Source: a virus (taxonomy: Duplodnaviria > Caudoviricetes). From it: a DNA stretch of 27,746 nt. The notes under the pieces were generated by a model. It ran no database searches, had not been told where the DNA came from, and saw only the letters and a program-made list of their open reading frames with translations. The stretch covers positions 1 to 27,746 of the IMG/VR virus record IMGVR_UViG_3300044513_000135. One strand, written 5' to 3'. The position numbers and the translations under genes are program-made. This document shows positions 1-9,900 of this stretch, in pieces (position 1 is the first letter of the stretch; each line of letters opens with the position of its first letter).

Positions 1-1
1 A

Positions 2-1525
2 AAAAGGACAACTGCTGTAGTTAGATTTGGTAAATCTGCTTTAGCTCGTGAAGTATTTGAAGATGTGGCTGATGGTATACGAATGAACATTTCAGTTGGC
101 TACAGAATTGATAAGTTGGAACGATATCAAGAAAATGATGAAACTTTTTATAAAGCAATGTGGACACCAATGGAAGTATCCAGTGTGTCTGTTCCTGCTG
201 ACCAAAGTCGACTTGTTGGAGTGGGTCGTTCTAAAGATAAACAACACAAAAACATTGAGGTAAAACTAATGGAAAACGAAAAGAAACAAGATATTAATCT
301 TGACGAAGTTAGAACTCAGACTATTGACGAAGCAAAAGCCGAATTTAAAAGAAACTCAAAAGAGATTATAGATTTAGCTGCTAGACACAATAAAAGAGAT
401 TTAGCTGATAAAGCAATTAGTGATGGTATTTCAGTTGAAGAATTTAGAGGCGTATTATTAGAAAATATTTCTAACAACACACCTTTAGAAACTCCTTCAG
501 AAATTGGCATGACTAAAAAAGAAGTAAGACAATTTAGCCTAGTAAAAGCTATTAGAGCTATGGCTAATCCGTCTGATAGAAAAGCCCAAGAAGAAGCAGC
601 ATTTGAATTTGAATGTTCTGCTGAAGCTGCAAGACAGTATGGTAAAGATGCTCAAGGTATCATGTTACCTGCTGAAGTTCTAAGAAATTGGAATCAAAGA
701 GATATTAATTCATCTGATGATTCAACTCTTATAGCTGAAGATTACAGAGGTGGAGACTTCATTGATGTATTAAGAAACAGCTCAAGCGTAATGCAAGCTG
801 GTGCAACAATGCTTCGTGGATTACAAGGAAATGTTGTAATACCTAAGAAAACTGCTGCTTCAAGTGGTGGTTGGATAGCAACTGAAGGAGCTGCTGCTGC
901 TGAAAGTGAATTCACTTCAGGTTCAGTAACTATGTCTCCTAAAGTAATTGGTGCTTTCACTGATGCTACTAGACTATTACTACAACAATCATCATTAGAT
1001 GTTGAGAACTTAATCAGAGATGACCTAACACAATCTATAGCTACTGCTATTGATTTAGGTGCTTTAGCTGGTTCAGGTACAAGTGGTCAGCCTACAGGTA
1101 TTTCTAATACTTCAGGTATTAACACTACAACTTTTGCTGCTGCTAACCCAACTTGGGCTGAGATAGTAGCTATGGAAAGTGCTGTTGCTAATGACAATGC
1201 TTTAAATGGTTCTTTAGGTTACATCTGTAGACCTGCTGACTTTGGTACTTTAAAAACAACTGAAAAAGCAACTAATACTGCTCAATTTGTTGTTTCTCCT
1301 GATAACACTATGAATGGTTATAATGTAATCAGAAGTAATCAAGTAACAAGTGGTGATTTCTACTTTGGAAACTTTGCAGACTTATTAATTGGTATGTATG
1401 GTGGATTAGATATTCAAGTTGACCCTTATGCATTATCAACTTCAGGTGGAGTAAGAATTGTTGCTCTACAAACTGTTGATGTTGCTGTAAGACATGCAGT
1501 ATCTTTCTGTAAATCATCTGACTAA
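2..1525 (+). CDS. Prohead protease-major capsid protein fusion (HK97 fold), 5' partial
   Basis: Frame is open from position 2 (KRTTAVVRFGKSALAREVFEDVADG...). HK97-type protease motifs ISVGY and EVSSVSVPAD, then a charged scaffold-like linker, then capsid motifs (GNVVIPK, PKVIGAFT, GSGTSGQPTGI, FGNFADL, VDPY, DVAVRHA). Confidence 0.92.
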   Translation, partial: KRTTAVVRFGKSALAREVFEDVADGIRMNISVGYRIDKLERYQENDETFYKAMWTPMEVSSVSVPADQSRLVGVGRSKDKQHKNIEVKLMENEKKQDINLDEVRTQTIDEAKAEFKRNSKEIIDLAARHNKRDLADKAISDGISVEEFRGVLLENISNNTPLETPSEIGMTKKEVRQFSLVKAIRAMANPSDRKAQEEAAFEFECSAEAARQYGKDAQGIMLPAEVLRNWNQRDINSSDDSTLIAEDYRGGDFIDVLRNSSSVMQAGATMLRGLQGNVVIPKKTAASSGGWIATEGAAAAESEFTSGSVTMSPKVIGAFTDATRLLLQQSSLDVENLIRDDLTQSIATAIDLGALAGSGTSGQPTGISNTSGINTTTFAAANPTWAEIVAMESAVANDNALNGSLGYICRPADFGTLKTTEKATNTAQFVVSPDNTMNGYNVIRSNQVTSGDFYFGNFADLLIGMYGGLDIQVDPYALSTSGGVRIVALQTVDVAVRHAVSFCKSSD

Positions 1526-1546
1526 TTAACTGATGCTTAAATGGAA

Positions 1547-1566
1547 TGGGGGTAGCAATACCCCCA
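1547..1566 (+). terminator. Stem-loop after the capsid gene (TGGGGGTA-GCAA-TACCCCCA)
   Basis: Perfect 8-bp stem with a GNRA tetraloop 21 nt after the capsid stop. The U-tract is weak, so it may be a leaky terminator or an mRNA stabiliser. Confidence 0.7.
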
Positions 1567-1574
1567 ACTTAAAT

Positions 1575-1790
1575 ATGAAAAAATATAAAATTTTACAAGA
1601 TACAATGGCTGGCGGTACTAAAGTACATGCTGGCGATATAGTTGAATTACCTGAGCATGAAGGTCATGCTTTATGTGGATATGGTAAAGCTGAAGTTCAT
1701 GTAGGTAAACCTAAAGCTGAAAAACAAGATAGAAGCGTAGGTTTAGAAACTTCAAAAGTAAAAGCTCCTAAGACTAGAGCTAAAAAGTAA
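1575..1790 (+). CDS. Small basic post-capsid protein (hypothetical)
   Basis: ATG at 1575, after the hairpin, is preferred over 1533. GDIVELP motif and Lys-rich tail are typical of genes following capsid genes. Confidence 0.7.
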   Translation: MKKYKILQDTMAGGTKVHAGDIVELPEHEGHALCGYGKAEVHVGKPKAEKQDRSVGLETSKVKAPKTRAKK

Positions 1791-1793
1791 ATC

Positions 1794-2195
1794 ATGCCTT
1801 TAGAGAGTGCATTAGATTTTAACGCCTATGTTGATACCACAACAGGTCATGGTGTTACTGCAACTTTCTTTGAAGTCCAACAATCTTTATGGGATGACTT
1901 CCCTTTAATAGATACCCTTTTTGATATTGATTCAGGATTCTCTAAGAATATTAATATTATTATTGACCAAGAATATTTCAATATAGAAGGTGGCACTGTT
2001 CCTGTTGCTGGTTATCAGCCAAGAGCAATAGTTAAAGCATCTGATGTACCTTACATATCACAACAAGATAAATTAAGAGTTGATGCAATAACAACTGATA
2101 AGGGTAATGTCTTAAAACCTGTAACTACATTTGTTGTTAAAACAGTTGAACCTGATAATACAGGTTTAGTTTCTTTGGTTTTAGAGGAAGAGTAA
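1794..2195 (+). CDS. Head-tail joining / head-closure protein (gpFII-like), paralog 1
   Basis: Position in the head-tail module; C-terminal V..VEPDNTGLVSLVLEE motif. Confidence 0.7.
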   Translation: MPLESALDFNAYVDTTTGHGVTATFFEVQQSLWDDFPLIDTLFDIDSGFSKNINIIIDQEYFNIEGGTVPVAGYQPRAIVKASDVPYISQQDKLRVDAITTDKGNVLKPVTTFVVKTVEPDNTGLVSLVLEEE

Positions 2196-2545
2196 TGTCT
2201 CAATTTAGATTAGAAACTGAATTAGATATGGCTGGATATTTAGATATTAATTTTGGACATGGTGTATCTGCTGTTTATACAAATTCAGGTACTTCTACAA
2301 CAATTAATGTGATTCTAAATAATGAATATGTAGAACAAGAAGAAGGCATTGGTGTTGAAGCATTAAAACCAATAGCCTATTGCAGAACTATAGATGTGCC
2401 AAATATTGCATTTGGAAATAGATTAGATGTATCTGCAATTAAAGATACAAATGGTAATATACTCAAAGCAGCACAAAGTTATACTGTTGTTAATATACAA
2501 GCAGATAGAACAGGGTTTAGTGCATTAATGTTAGAGGAAATATAA
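2195..2545 (+). CDS. Head-tail joining / head-closure protein (gpFII-like), paralog 2
   Basis: Aligns by eye with the previous ORF along its length; ends IQADRTGFSALMLEE. Confidence 0.7.
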   Translation: MSQFRLETELDMAGYLDINFGHGVSAVYTNSGTSTTINVILNNEYVEQEEGIGVEALKPIAYCRTIDVPNIAFGNRLDVSAIKDTNGNILKAAQSYTVVNIQADRTGFSALMLEEI

Positions 2546-2985
2546 TGGCAAATCACATAAGACAACAAATAAGAGAAAAGTTTGGTACTACTTTAACTGG
2601 TTTAACTACAACTGGTTCTAGGGTTTATGAGTCAAGGGTTTATCCATTAGAAACAGTACCAGCATTAGTTATCTATACTAAATCAGAAACATCTGAGCCA
2701 ATAGTAATAGGTACTGATAGAGTTATGAGTAGAGAATTATCAGTTGTGGTAGAGGGATATGCAAAAGCTACTAGTGACTTTGATGATACTATTGATACAA
2801 TAAGCAAAGAAGTTGAAGAAGCAATAGCAGCAGATAGAACTTTAGATGGATTAGCTAAAGATTGCTATTTAGAATCAACAGAAATAGAGTTTAATGGTGA
2901 AGGTGAGAAACCACTAGGATATGTGAGTTTAACCTTTTTAACTAATTACTATGTTCAGGAAACTAATCCTGATGTAGCAGTATAG
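2545..2985 (+). CDS. Tail terminator / tail completion protein (gpU-like)
   Basis: HIRQQIRE N-terminus, RVYESRVYP and PALVIY motifs, ADRTLDGL; lies upstream of the tail tube gene. Confidence 0.75.
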   Translation: MANHIRQQIREKFGTTLTGLTTTGSRVYESRVYPLETVPALVIYTKSETSEPIVIGTDRVMSRELSVVVEGYAKATSDFDDTIDTISKEVEEAIAADRTLDGLAKDCYLESTEIEFNGEGEKPLGYVSLTFLTNYYVQETNPDVAV

Positions 2986-2994
2986 GAGACAATT

Positions 2995-3162
2995 ATGAAA
3001 ATGATTAGTCCTGATGGTAAAGTTTCTATAGATGCTCACCCTTCTAAGGTTGAGTCTTTATTGAATAAGGGCTGGAAAGAAGAAGCAGTCCATTCGCAAG
3101 ATAAAATTAAACCTTCTTCTAAGAAAAAGTCGAAAGACGAGGTAGAAAATGGCAACACATAA
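2995..3162 (+). CDS. Small hypothetical protein (55 aa, MKMISPDGKVSIDAHPSKVESLLNKGWKEE...)
   Basis: Not in the ORF track. AGGAG Shine-Dalgarno at 2984-2988; fills the gap and overlaps the tail tube start. Confidence 0.7.
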   Translation: MKMISPDGKVSIDAHPSKVESLLNKGWKEEAVHSQDKIKPSSKKKSKDEVENGNT

Positions 3163-3538
3163 AGGAAGTGAGGGAACTGTAAAAGTTGGCTCAAATGCTG
3201 TAGCTGAAATTAGGTCTTACTCAATCGAGGAATCTGCTGATACTTTAGAAGATACTTCAATGGGTGATTCTGCTAGAAGCTATAAACCATCATTGACTTC
3301 TTTCTCAGGAAGTTTAGATGTATTTTGGGATGAGACTGATATAAGTGGTCAAGGTGCTTTAAGCATTGGCTCAGAGGTAACACTAAATGTTTATCCTGAA
3401 GGGGAAACAGCAGGCGATACTTATTACACTGGTTCAGCTATTGTTACTGGAGTTTCAAGAAGTGCATCATTTGATGGATTGGTTGAAGCTAGCATATCAG
3501 TACAAGGCAATGGTGCTTTAACAGAAACAACTGTATAA
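3149..3538 (+). CDS. Major tail tube protein
   Basis: GSEGTVKVG, DTLEDTSMGD, SFSGSLDVFWD, YYTGSAIVT, ISVQGNGAL pattern; precedes the chaperone and tape measure genes. Confidence 0.88.
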   Translation: MATHKGSEGTVKVGSNAVAEIRSYSIEESADTLEDTSMGDSARSYKPSLTSFSGSLDVFWDETDISGQGALSIGSEVTLNVYPEGETAGDTYYTGSAIVTGVSRSASFDGLVEASISVQGNGALTETTV

Positions 3539-3542
3539 GACT

Positions 3543-3878
3543 ATGTCAGCAATAGATAACGCAAAAAATCATTTTGCAGAGCAAGATGTAAAAGTAATCG
3601 AAGTGCCTGAATGGGGTGAAGATGATAAAGCCTTAAAAATATACAGTAAGCCATTAACGCTAGCTGAAACTTCTAAGCTATATAAAATGAGCAAGAATGA
3701 TGACCTAGCAATGATGGCTTATGTTCTTATTTACAAAGCACTAGATGAAAATGGAGATAAACTTTTTGATTTAGCAGATAAAAATGCTTTACTACACAAT
3801 GTAGACCAAGAAGTATTAGTTAGTGTAGCAACTCAAATTATGGGTCAAGAGCCTGTTGAGGATACAAAAAAAAACTAA
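3543..3878 (+). CDS. Tail assembly chaperone (gpG-like)
   Basis: IEVPEWG and DENGDKLF motifs; ends KKN on a slippery A-run. Confidence 0.85.
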   Translation: MSAIDNAKNHFAEQDVKVIEVPEWGEDDKALKIYSKPLTLAETSKLYKMSKNDDLAMMAYVLIYKALDENGDKLFDLADKNALLHNVDQEVLVSVATQIMGQEPVEDTKKN

Positions 3879-4027
3879 TAAAGGATGCTAATTTATACTC
3901 GCAATATGCACTAGCTGAAAAACTAGGTAAAACTTTAGAAGAGTTGCAAAAAATTAGTGTCCAAGAATATCAAGGATGGATAGCGTATTTTGAATTATTA
4001 AAAGAAGAAAGAAATAATGGCAAATAA
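3543..4027 (+). CDS. Tail assembly chaperone gpGT-like product via programmed -1 frameshift
   Basis: The -1 frame after A9 reads LIKDANLYSQYALAEKLGKTLEELQKISVQEYQGWIAYFELLKEERNNGK*, has no ATG of its own and fills the gap to the tape measure gene. Confidence 0.85.
3866..3875 (+). other. -1 ribosomal slippery site (A AAA AAC within an A9 run)
   Basis: X XXY YYZ heptamer directly before the TAA at 3876. Confidence 0.85.
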
Positions 4028-5750
4028 AAAAGTAAAGTTTGAATTAACAGCAGTAAACAAAACAAAGGCAGCTTTTGATAAAGTTACCAATGGATTAAAA
4101 AAAATCGGTGGCGGTGCTAAAGCTGTAGCTGGTGGTTTATTAAAAGTTACTGCTGCTATAGCTGGTGTTGGAATTGCTATAGCTGCTGTTATAAAAACAT
4201 CTTTTGAATATATAGATACTCTTGATAAAACTTCTAAAAGAACAGGTATAGCAACTGATACATTGCAGGCATTTCAACTTGCTGCTTTAGAAAGTGGCTC
4301 ATCTGTAGAACAAGCACAAAAAGGTTTAGAAAAATTTGCTAGAAGTATTGGTGATGCACAAAGAGGTTTAAAAACACAACAAGATATTTTTAAAGATTTG
4401 GGTGTTGAGCTAAGTGATGTTGATGGTAATACTAGAGACTTTAATGCTATTTTATTAGACACAGCAGATGGTTTAAAAGGATTTGGAAATGAAACAGATA
4501 GAGCAACTGCTCTAGCTAATTTATTTGGTCGAGCTGGTATAGCAATGAGTGAGGTCTTTGTAGATGGTGCTGATGGTATAAGACAATTTACTGAAAGAGC
4601 TCAAGGTTTAGGAATTATAATACCACCGCAAGTAATATCTAATGTTGCAAAATTCAATGACCAGTTTGCAGTTTTACAACTTCAATTAAAAGCAGTTGTT
4701 AATAATATCACTGGTGCATTAGCACCAGCACTATCAGTGCTGGTTACAGACCTGTCTAAACTTTTAAAAGGAACAAATGACAGTGCTGAAGGCTTTGATA
4801 ATTTAGGTCAGAGTATTGCTATTAGTATTTTAGAGGGAGTGAAAGTCGCAGCAATTGCAATACAGGCATTTGTAAATGATGCAGAACAAACTTTTTTAAC
4901 TTTTGCAGCTTCAGCAGGTGGGAAGTTTTTTGGTTTTGAATTAACTGAAATACAAAAACTGCAAGTACAGCTAATTAATTTAGAAAAACAATATCAAGAA
5001 ACATTAGACAAAAGTGCTTTTTATTTAAGCAGTCCTGCAAGTTTAGAAAAAATTAATAACACATTAATTGAGACAGATGAAAAAATTAGAGCTGTAAAAG
5101 AACAGCTTGGTTCAAATTTGCCTATCGAAGATAGCGGCATGGTTACCTATATAGATACACTTATTGCTGCTGTTAAAGATGGTGGTGTTGAATTTGATAA
5201 ATTGTTTGAGGGAATATCAGGTGGTGTTAATGATATTGCATCACCATTAACAGCTTTCAGGCTACAATTAGATGATGTTGGTAAGTCATTAGAAACAACA
5301 GTAGTTTCATCTATGAAAAAATTTGAAGATACTATCATTACAGGTCTTAAAAATGGCAAATTAGAATTTAAAGCATTTCGTGAGTATGTGGTAGAGCAGT
5401 TGCTAAGAATAGCAATACAGCAAATGATACTTAAACCAATTACAGGTAAATTTGAAGCATTTTTTGATGGCTTCAATAAAAAAACCCCATCAGGTGATGG
5501 TGGTGGATTTACAGGTTTAGGAGCAAGAGCAGGTGGTGTAGATGGTAAAGGTGGATTTCCTGCAATATTACATCCTAATGAAACTGTTATTGACCATACA
5601 AAAGGTCAGGGTATGGGTGCTACAGTCAACTTCAATATATCAACAGTAGATGCTGCTGGATTTGACCAGTTACTAGCATCAAGAAAAGGATTGATAACAT
5701 CAATCATAAACAATGCCATGAATAATCAAGGCAAGATGGGAGTCGTATAA
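4017..5750 (+). CDS. Tail tape measure protein (577 aa)
   Basis: Helical Ala/Gly/Leu-rich sequence, LFGRAG motif, C-terminal GGFTG...GGVDGKGGFPAILHPNETV; follows G/GT. Confidence 0.92.
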   Translation: MANKKVKFELTAVNKTKAAFDKVTNGLKKIGGGAKAVAGGLLKVTAAIAGVGIAIAAVIKTSFEYIDTLDKTSKRTGIATDTLQAFQLAALESGSSVEQAQKGLEKFARSIGDAQRGLKTQQDIFKDLGVELSDVDGNTRDFNAILLDTADGLKGFGNETDRATALANLFGRAGIAMSEVFVDGADGIRQFTERAQGLGIIIPPQVISNVAKFNDQFAVLQLQLKAVVNNITGALAPALSVLVTDLSKLLKGTNDSAEGFDNLGQSIAISILEGVKVAAIAIQAFVNDAEQTFLTFAASAGGKFFGFELTEIQKLQVQLINLEKQYQETLDKSAFYLSSPASLEKINNTLIETDEKIRAVKEQLGSNLPIEDSGMVTYIDTLIAAVKDGGVEFDKLFEGISGGVNDIASPLTAFRLQLDDVGKSLETTVVSSMKKFEDTIITGLKNGKLEFKAFREYVVEQLLRIAIQQMILKPITGKFEAFFDGFNKKTPSGDGGGFTGLGARAGGVDGKGGFPAILHPNETVIDHTKGQGMGATVNFNISTVDAAGFDQLLASRKGLITSIINNAMNNQGKMGVV

Positions 5751-6355
5751 TGTCAGGACAATTTCCAACATCTCCTAATTTTAGAAGTTTAAATTTTAAA
5801 GATAATAGACCTACCTTATTGAATCAGACTTTATCAGGTAGAAAACAAGTCAGACAAATAGGTGCTCAATATTTTTCTTTTACAGTGCAAATGCCACCCT
5901 TACAACAAGAAAAGGCTCAAGAAGTATTTGCATTTTTACAAAAACAAAAAGGTTCTTTTGAGGATTTTACTATAGTTGCACCATTAGATAATTTAGGTGC
6001 AGGCAGGTTAGAAACAGATATTCAGGTGGTTGGAGCACATACATCAGGAGATGCTTCTATAGCCTTAGATGGCTTTACAGCCAGTCAGACAGGTGCTTTA
6101 AAAGCTGGTGATATAATTAAGTTTGCAAATCATAGTAAAGTTTATATGGTTCAATCAGATATCGATTCTGATGGTAGTGGAGCATTAACAATTCTTATAT
6201 CACCAAATCTAGTAGCATCTCTAGCAGATAATGAAGCTGTTACTGTAAACAAACCAAGTTTTACTGTTTATCTTGAATCTGATGAGATTATTCGTTCAGA
6301 AACTATTGGTGGTTTTAGCAGTATTTCATTTGATGTTAGAGAGGTTATAACCTAA
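5750..6355 (+). CDS. Distal tail protein (Dit-like)
   Basis: Immediately after the tape measure gene; TLSGRKQ, LKAGDIIKF, HSKVYMV, ISPNL motifs. Confidence 0.7.
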   Translation: MSGQFPTSPNFRSLNFKDNRPTLLNQTLSGRKQVRQIGAQYFSFTVQMPPLQQEKAQEVFAFLQKQKGSFEDFTIVAPLDNLGAGRLETDIQVVGAHTSGDASIALDGFTASQTGALKAGDIIKFANHSKVYMVQSDIDSDGSGALTILISPNLVASLADNEAVTVNKPSFTVYLESDEIIRSETIGGFSSISFDVREVIT

Positions 6356-6903
6356 TGCCTAGAAGTTTATCATCTGCTTTACAAACTCAAGTATCATCAA
6401 CAGCAACTAAGACAGCTTTTTTAGTTGAACTTAATTTATCATCTACTATTAGATTAACTGATTGGTATGCAAATGTTACTTATGATTCTAATACTTATGA
6501 AGCTGGTGGTTCTTTTTTACAAGTTGATTCAATAACTGAGACAGGTCAATTACAGGTAGATGAAATAAATTTAGGTTTTTCAAATGTTACTGACCAAGTT
6601 AGGTCTTTAGTTCAAGATGGTGCTTTTACAGATAAAACTGTAGATATATATTTAGCTTATTTCAATGATGATGAAACTATTGTGGGTGCAATCAATTATT
6701 TTACTGGGCAAATTAGAAATATTGGTATAAATGAAAACTTAAATGAATCAACATTACAAATGACTGTTGCTTCACATTGGGCAAACTGGAATTTAACAAA
6801 AGGAAGACATTTTTCTGATGAATCACAACAGTCATTTAGTACAGGTGATAAAGGTTTTGAATTTGCAACTCAGGTTAAAGCAGATGTGAGGTGGGGTGTC
6901 TAA
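6355..6903 (+). CDS. Tail tip / baseplate hub protein (gpL-like)
   Basis: YFTGQI, SDESQQ and GDKGFEF...WG C-terminus; lies between Dit and the central fibre. Confidence 0.7.
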   Translation: MPRSLSSALQTQVSSTATKTAFLVELNLSSTIRLTDWYANVTYDSNTYEAGGSFLQVDSITETGQLQVDEINLGFSNVTDQVRSLVQDGAFTDKTVDIYLAYFNDDETIVGAINYFTGQIRNIGINENLNESTLQMTVASHWANWNLTKGRHFSDESQQSFSTGDKGFEFATQVKADVRWGV

Positions 6904-9900
6904 TGGCTTTTATGTTACCAGCATTCTTTAGTAAAATTGGTGCTTTCATAGTAGGCAATTGGGCTAAGATTAAAGCTGCTGCTTTTATAGCTACTTTAGC
7001 TGTAGGTGTTAAAGGTTATAGACAAGCTCAAGATATGCTTGCACAATCACAAGCTATTTTAGCTAATAAGACTTCTGCTGGCGGTAAGATTCCTGTTATC
7101 TATGGAACTAGAAGAGTTGGAGCTCAGATTATTTACATGGATGTATCTGCTAATGATTCAAGAGATTTATATGTAGTCTATGCTTTATCAGTTGGCGAAT
7201 GTGATGAAATACTAGGAAGGACTATTGAGCTTGATGGTAATCCTTTAACTGATTCTGCTAGATTTAGAGATGGCGGTTATATAGGTTCAGATAAAATATC
7301 TTCAGGTTCAGGCTCATTAAATACAGTTTCACAAAATGGTACTGGTATAGATGCTGGTGCTGGTCAATTTGGAACTAGTCCTACATCTAAATATAGATAT
7401 GTTATGAACCTACATCATGGAGCTGCATCACAAACAGCAGACCCTATGCTTGTTGCATCTATGCCTAATTGGACTTCAGCACATAAACTAAATGGTATTT
7501 GTTATATAGCTGCACACTATGGCTATGACAAAGAGGGTATTTGGTCAGGAGTTCCACAACTAACAGTACAGGTTAGAGGAAAAAAAGTTTATGACCCTAG
7601 AGATTCAGGTCAAACATTTGGAACTCCATCTACTTATGAATATTCAGACAATCCTGCTTTAACTTTTTTAGATTACATAACAAATAACGAATATGGTAAA
7701 GGCTTAATAGAATCACAAATAAATATGTCCACATTTAGCTCTGCTGCTAATGTTTGTGATACAGAAGTTGACAATCCATTTTTTGGTGGCACATCTAAAT
7801 CATTAACATGGAGTGGTGTTGCTGGTGATAGCTTTATAACCATTGGTGGCTCAGACCCTAATAGTGATTGGTGGCAAAATAAAATTGGTGAATTAATAGA
7901 TATTTATGATAACAATGGTGATGGTGTTATTACAGGTAAAGAAATTACTGATATTCAAAGAGATGAATTTTTTGACCAAAATCCATTATACAGAGTTTAT
8001 TTTAACGATACTTTAGGCACAAATTATTCTACACAAAGTACTGGTTCATCATTAGCAAAGATTAAAAGATTTCATTGCAATGGTTATTTAGATACAAATA
8101 AAAATGTCATGGAAAATGCTAAAGAGCTTCTCGCTAACATGAGAGGTATTTTTCTTTATATAGATGGCAAATATGAATTACAAATAGAGGATACAGGAAC
8201 TTCTACATTTACAATTACTGATGACCATATTATAGCTGATGCTGGGATATCAGTTGATTATGGAAATAAAGATAAAAAAGCAAATAAGGTTATAGTTGAA
8301 TTTTTTAACGCTAATAAAAAATACGAATTAGATACAGCTACAGTTTTACATGATGCAAGTCCTGAATATTATTCAGATGATGGTGATGAGATATTAGAAA
8401 TTAAAGCTGAGTTTCCTTATATAAGCGACCCCTACATAGCTTATAACATGGGTAAGGCAATCCTAACTAGAAGTAGAAATCAAACCACTATGCAGTTCTT
8501 AGGAACTCCTGAGATGTATAAATTAAATGTAGGAGACATAGTAGATTTAACTTATGCAGGTTTAGGATTCTCAGGTAAAGTTTGTAGAGTTGAAGCATTA
8601 GAATTACAGCCTAATGGTTTAGTTGCAGTTAGCTTAATAGAATACTTTGATGTTTATACATGGGAAGTACCACCTCAAGAACCAGTAGAAGAATTAGCTA
8701 ACCTACCATCTGCTTATGCAGTTAAAGCTCCAACTAATATTACTTTTACTGATACTGATTCAAGTTCTACAGGCAGACCATTTTTATCATGGGATGAACC
8801 AACAGATTTTCCTGATTATCAATATAGGGTTAATGTTGTAGATAATTCAGGCAATCAAGTAATAAATAGAATAGTAGATGTAGAAAATTGTGATTTAAAC
8901 TTTGTACCTACAGGTTCTTATGTTGCTAATATTACTTCTTTAAACACATTAGGAACTGAATCTTCACCAGCAAGATTCCCAACATCAGGTACTTTTACTA
9001 TAGGTGATGCTCCAGTTATTGAATTCGATATAGCAGATGCTGCTGTTGTTACAGATAAAATAAATAATGGTGCTGTTACAAATGTTAAAATTAATGATTT
9101 GTCAGCAGGAAAAATTAATACAGGTGAATTAAATCTTGGTCAAGAATCAGGAATGGCTGTTAGACAAACTAAAACTGGTTACACATCTACAGCAACAGGT
9201 TTTTGGTTAGGTAATGATGGTGGTACTCCTAAATTCAATATAGGTACTAGCACAAATTATTTAAAATTTGATGGAACTGATTTAGATATATCAGGTGAAA
9301 TATCAGCTACTACAGGTTCTATTGGTGGTTTTAGTGTTGGTGAGACATCTTTAACTGCTGGTACAGGCACATCAAGAATATCCCTATCTACAACAGATGG
9401 AATACATCTAGGAGATAATACTTTTTCATCTGCACCATTTAGAGTTGAACTGGATGGTTCTTTAACCGCAACTGATGCAACAGTAACAGGAACACTGACA
9501 TTAACAAATATAGATGGAGCTACAGTTGTTTATAGTGGTGGTAATTTAGTTGTAGGTACTATTGGTGGTAGCAATCTTGGTTCTTCGGCTATATTCCCAA
9601 CCACATTAAGATATGAAAGAAGCAACTCTACTTCTGCACCATCAGATGCTGAATTTAATACTGCATTTGGTAGGAATCCTAGAAGTAATGACATAGTGGT
9701 AGTTAGTAGAACTGATACTAATGCTCAAGTTGCTTATAAACATAATGGCACTTCTTTTTCAGCAGTAACTAATTATATAGATGGTGATTTAATTGTTGAT
9801 GGAAGTATTACAACAGACCAATTAGCAGCTAATTCTGTTGAAGCAAATCAAATAAATGTAGGAACTTTATCAGCCATATCTGCAAACATGGGTTCTATTA

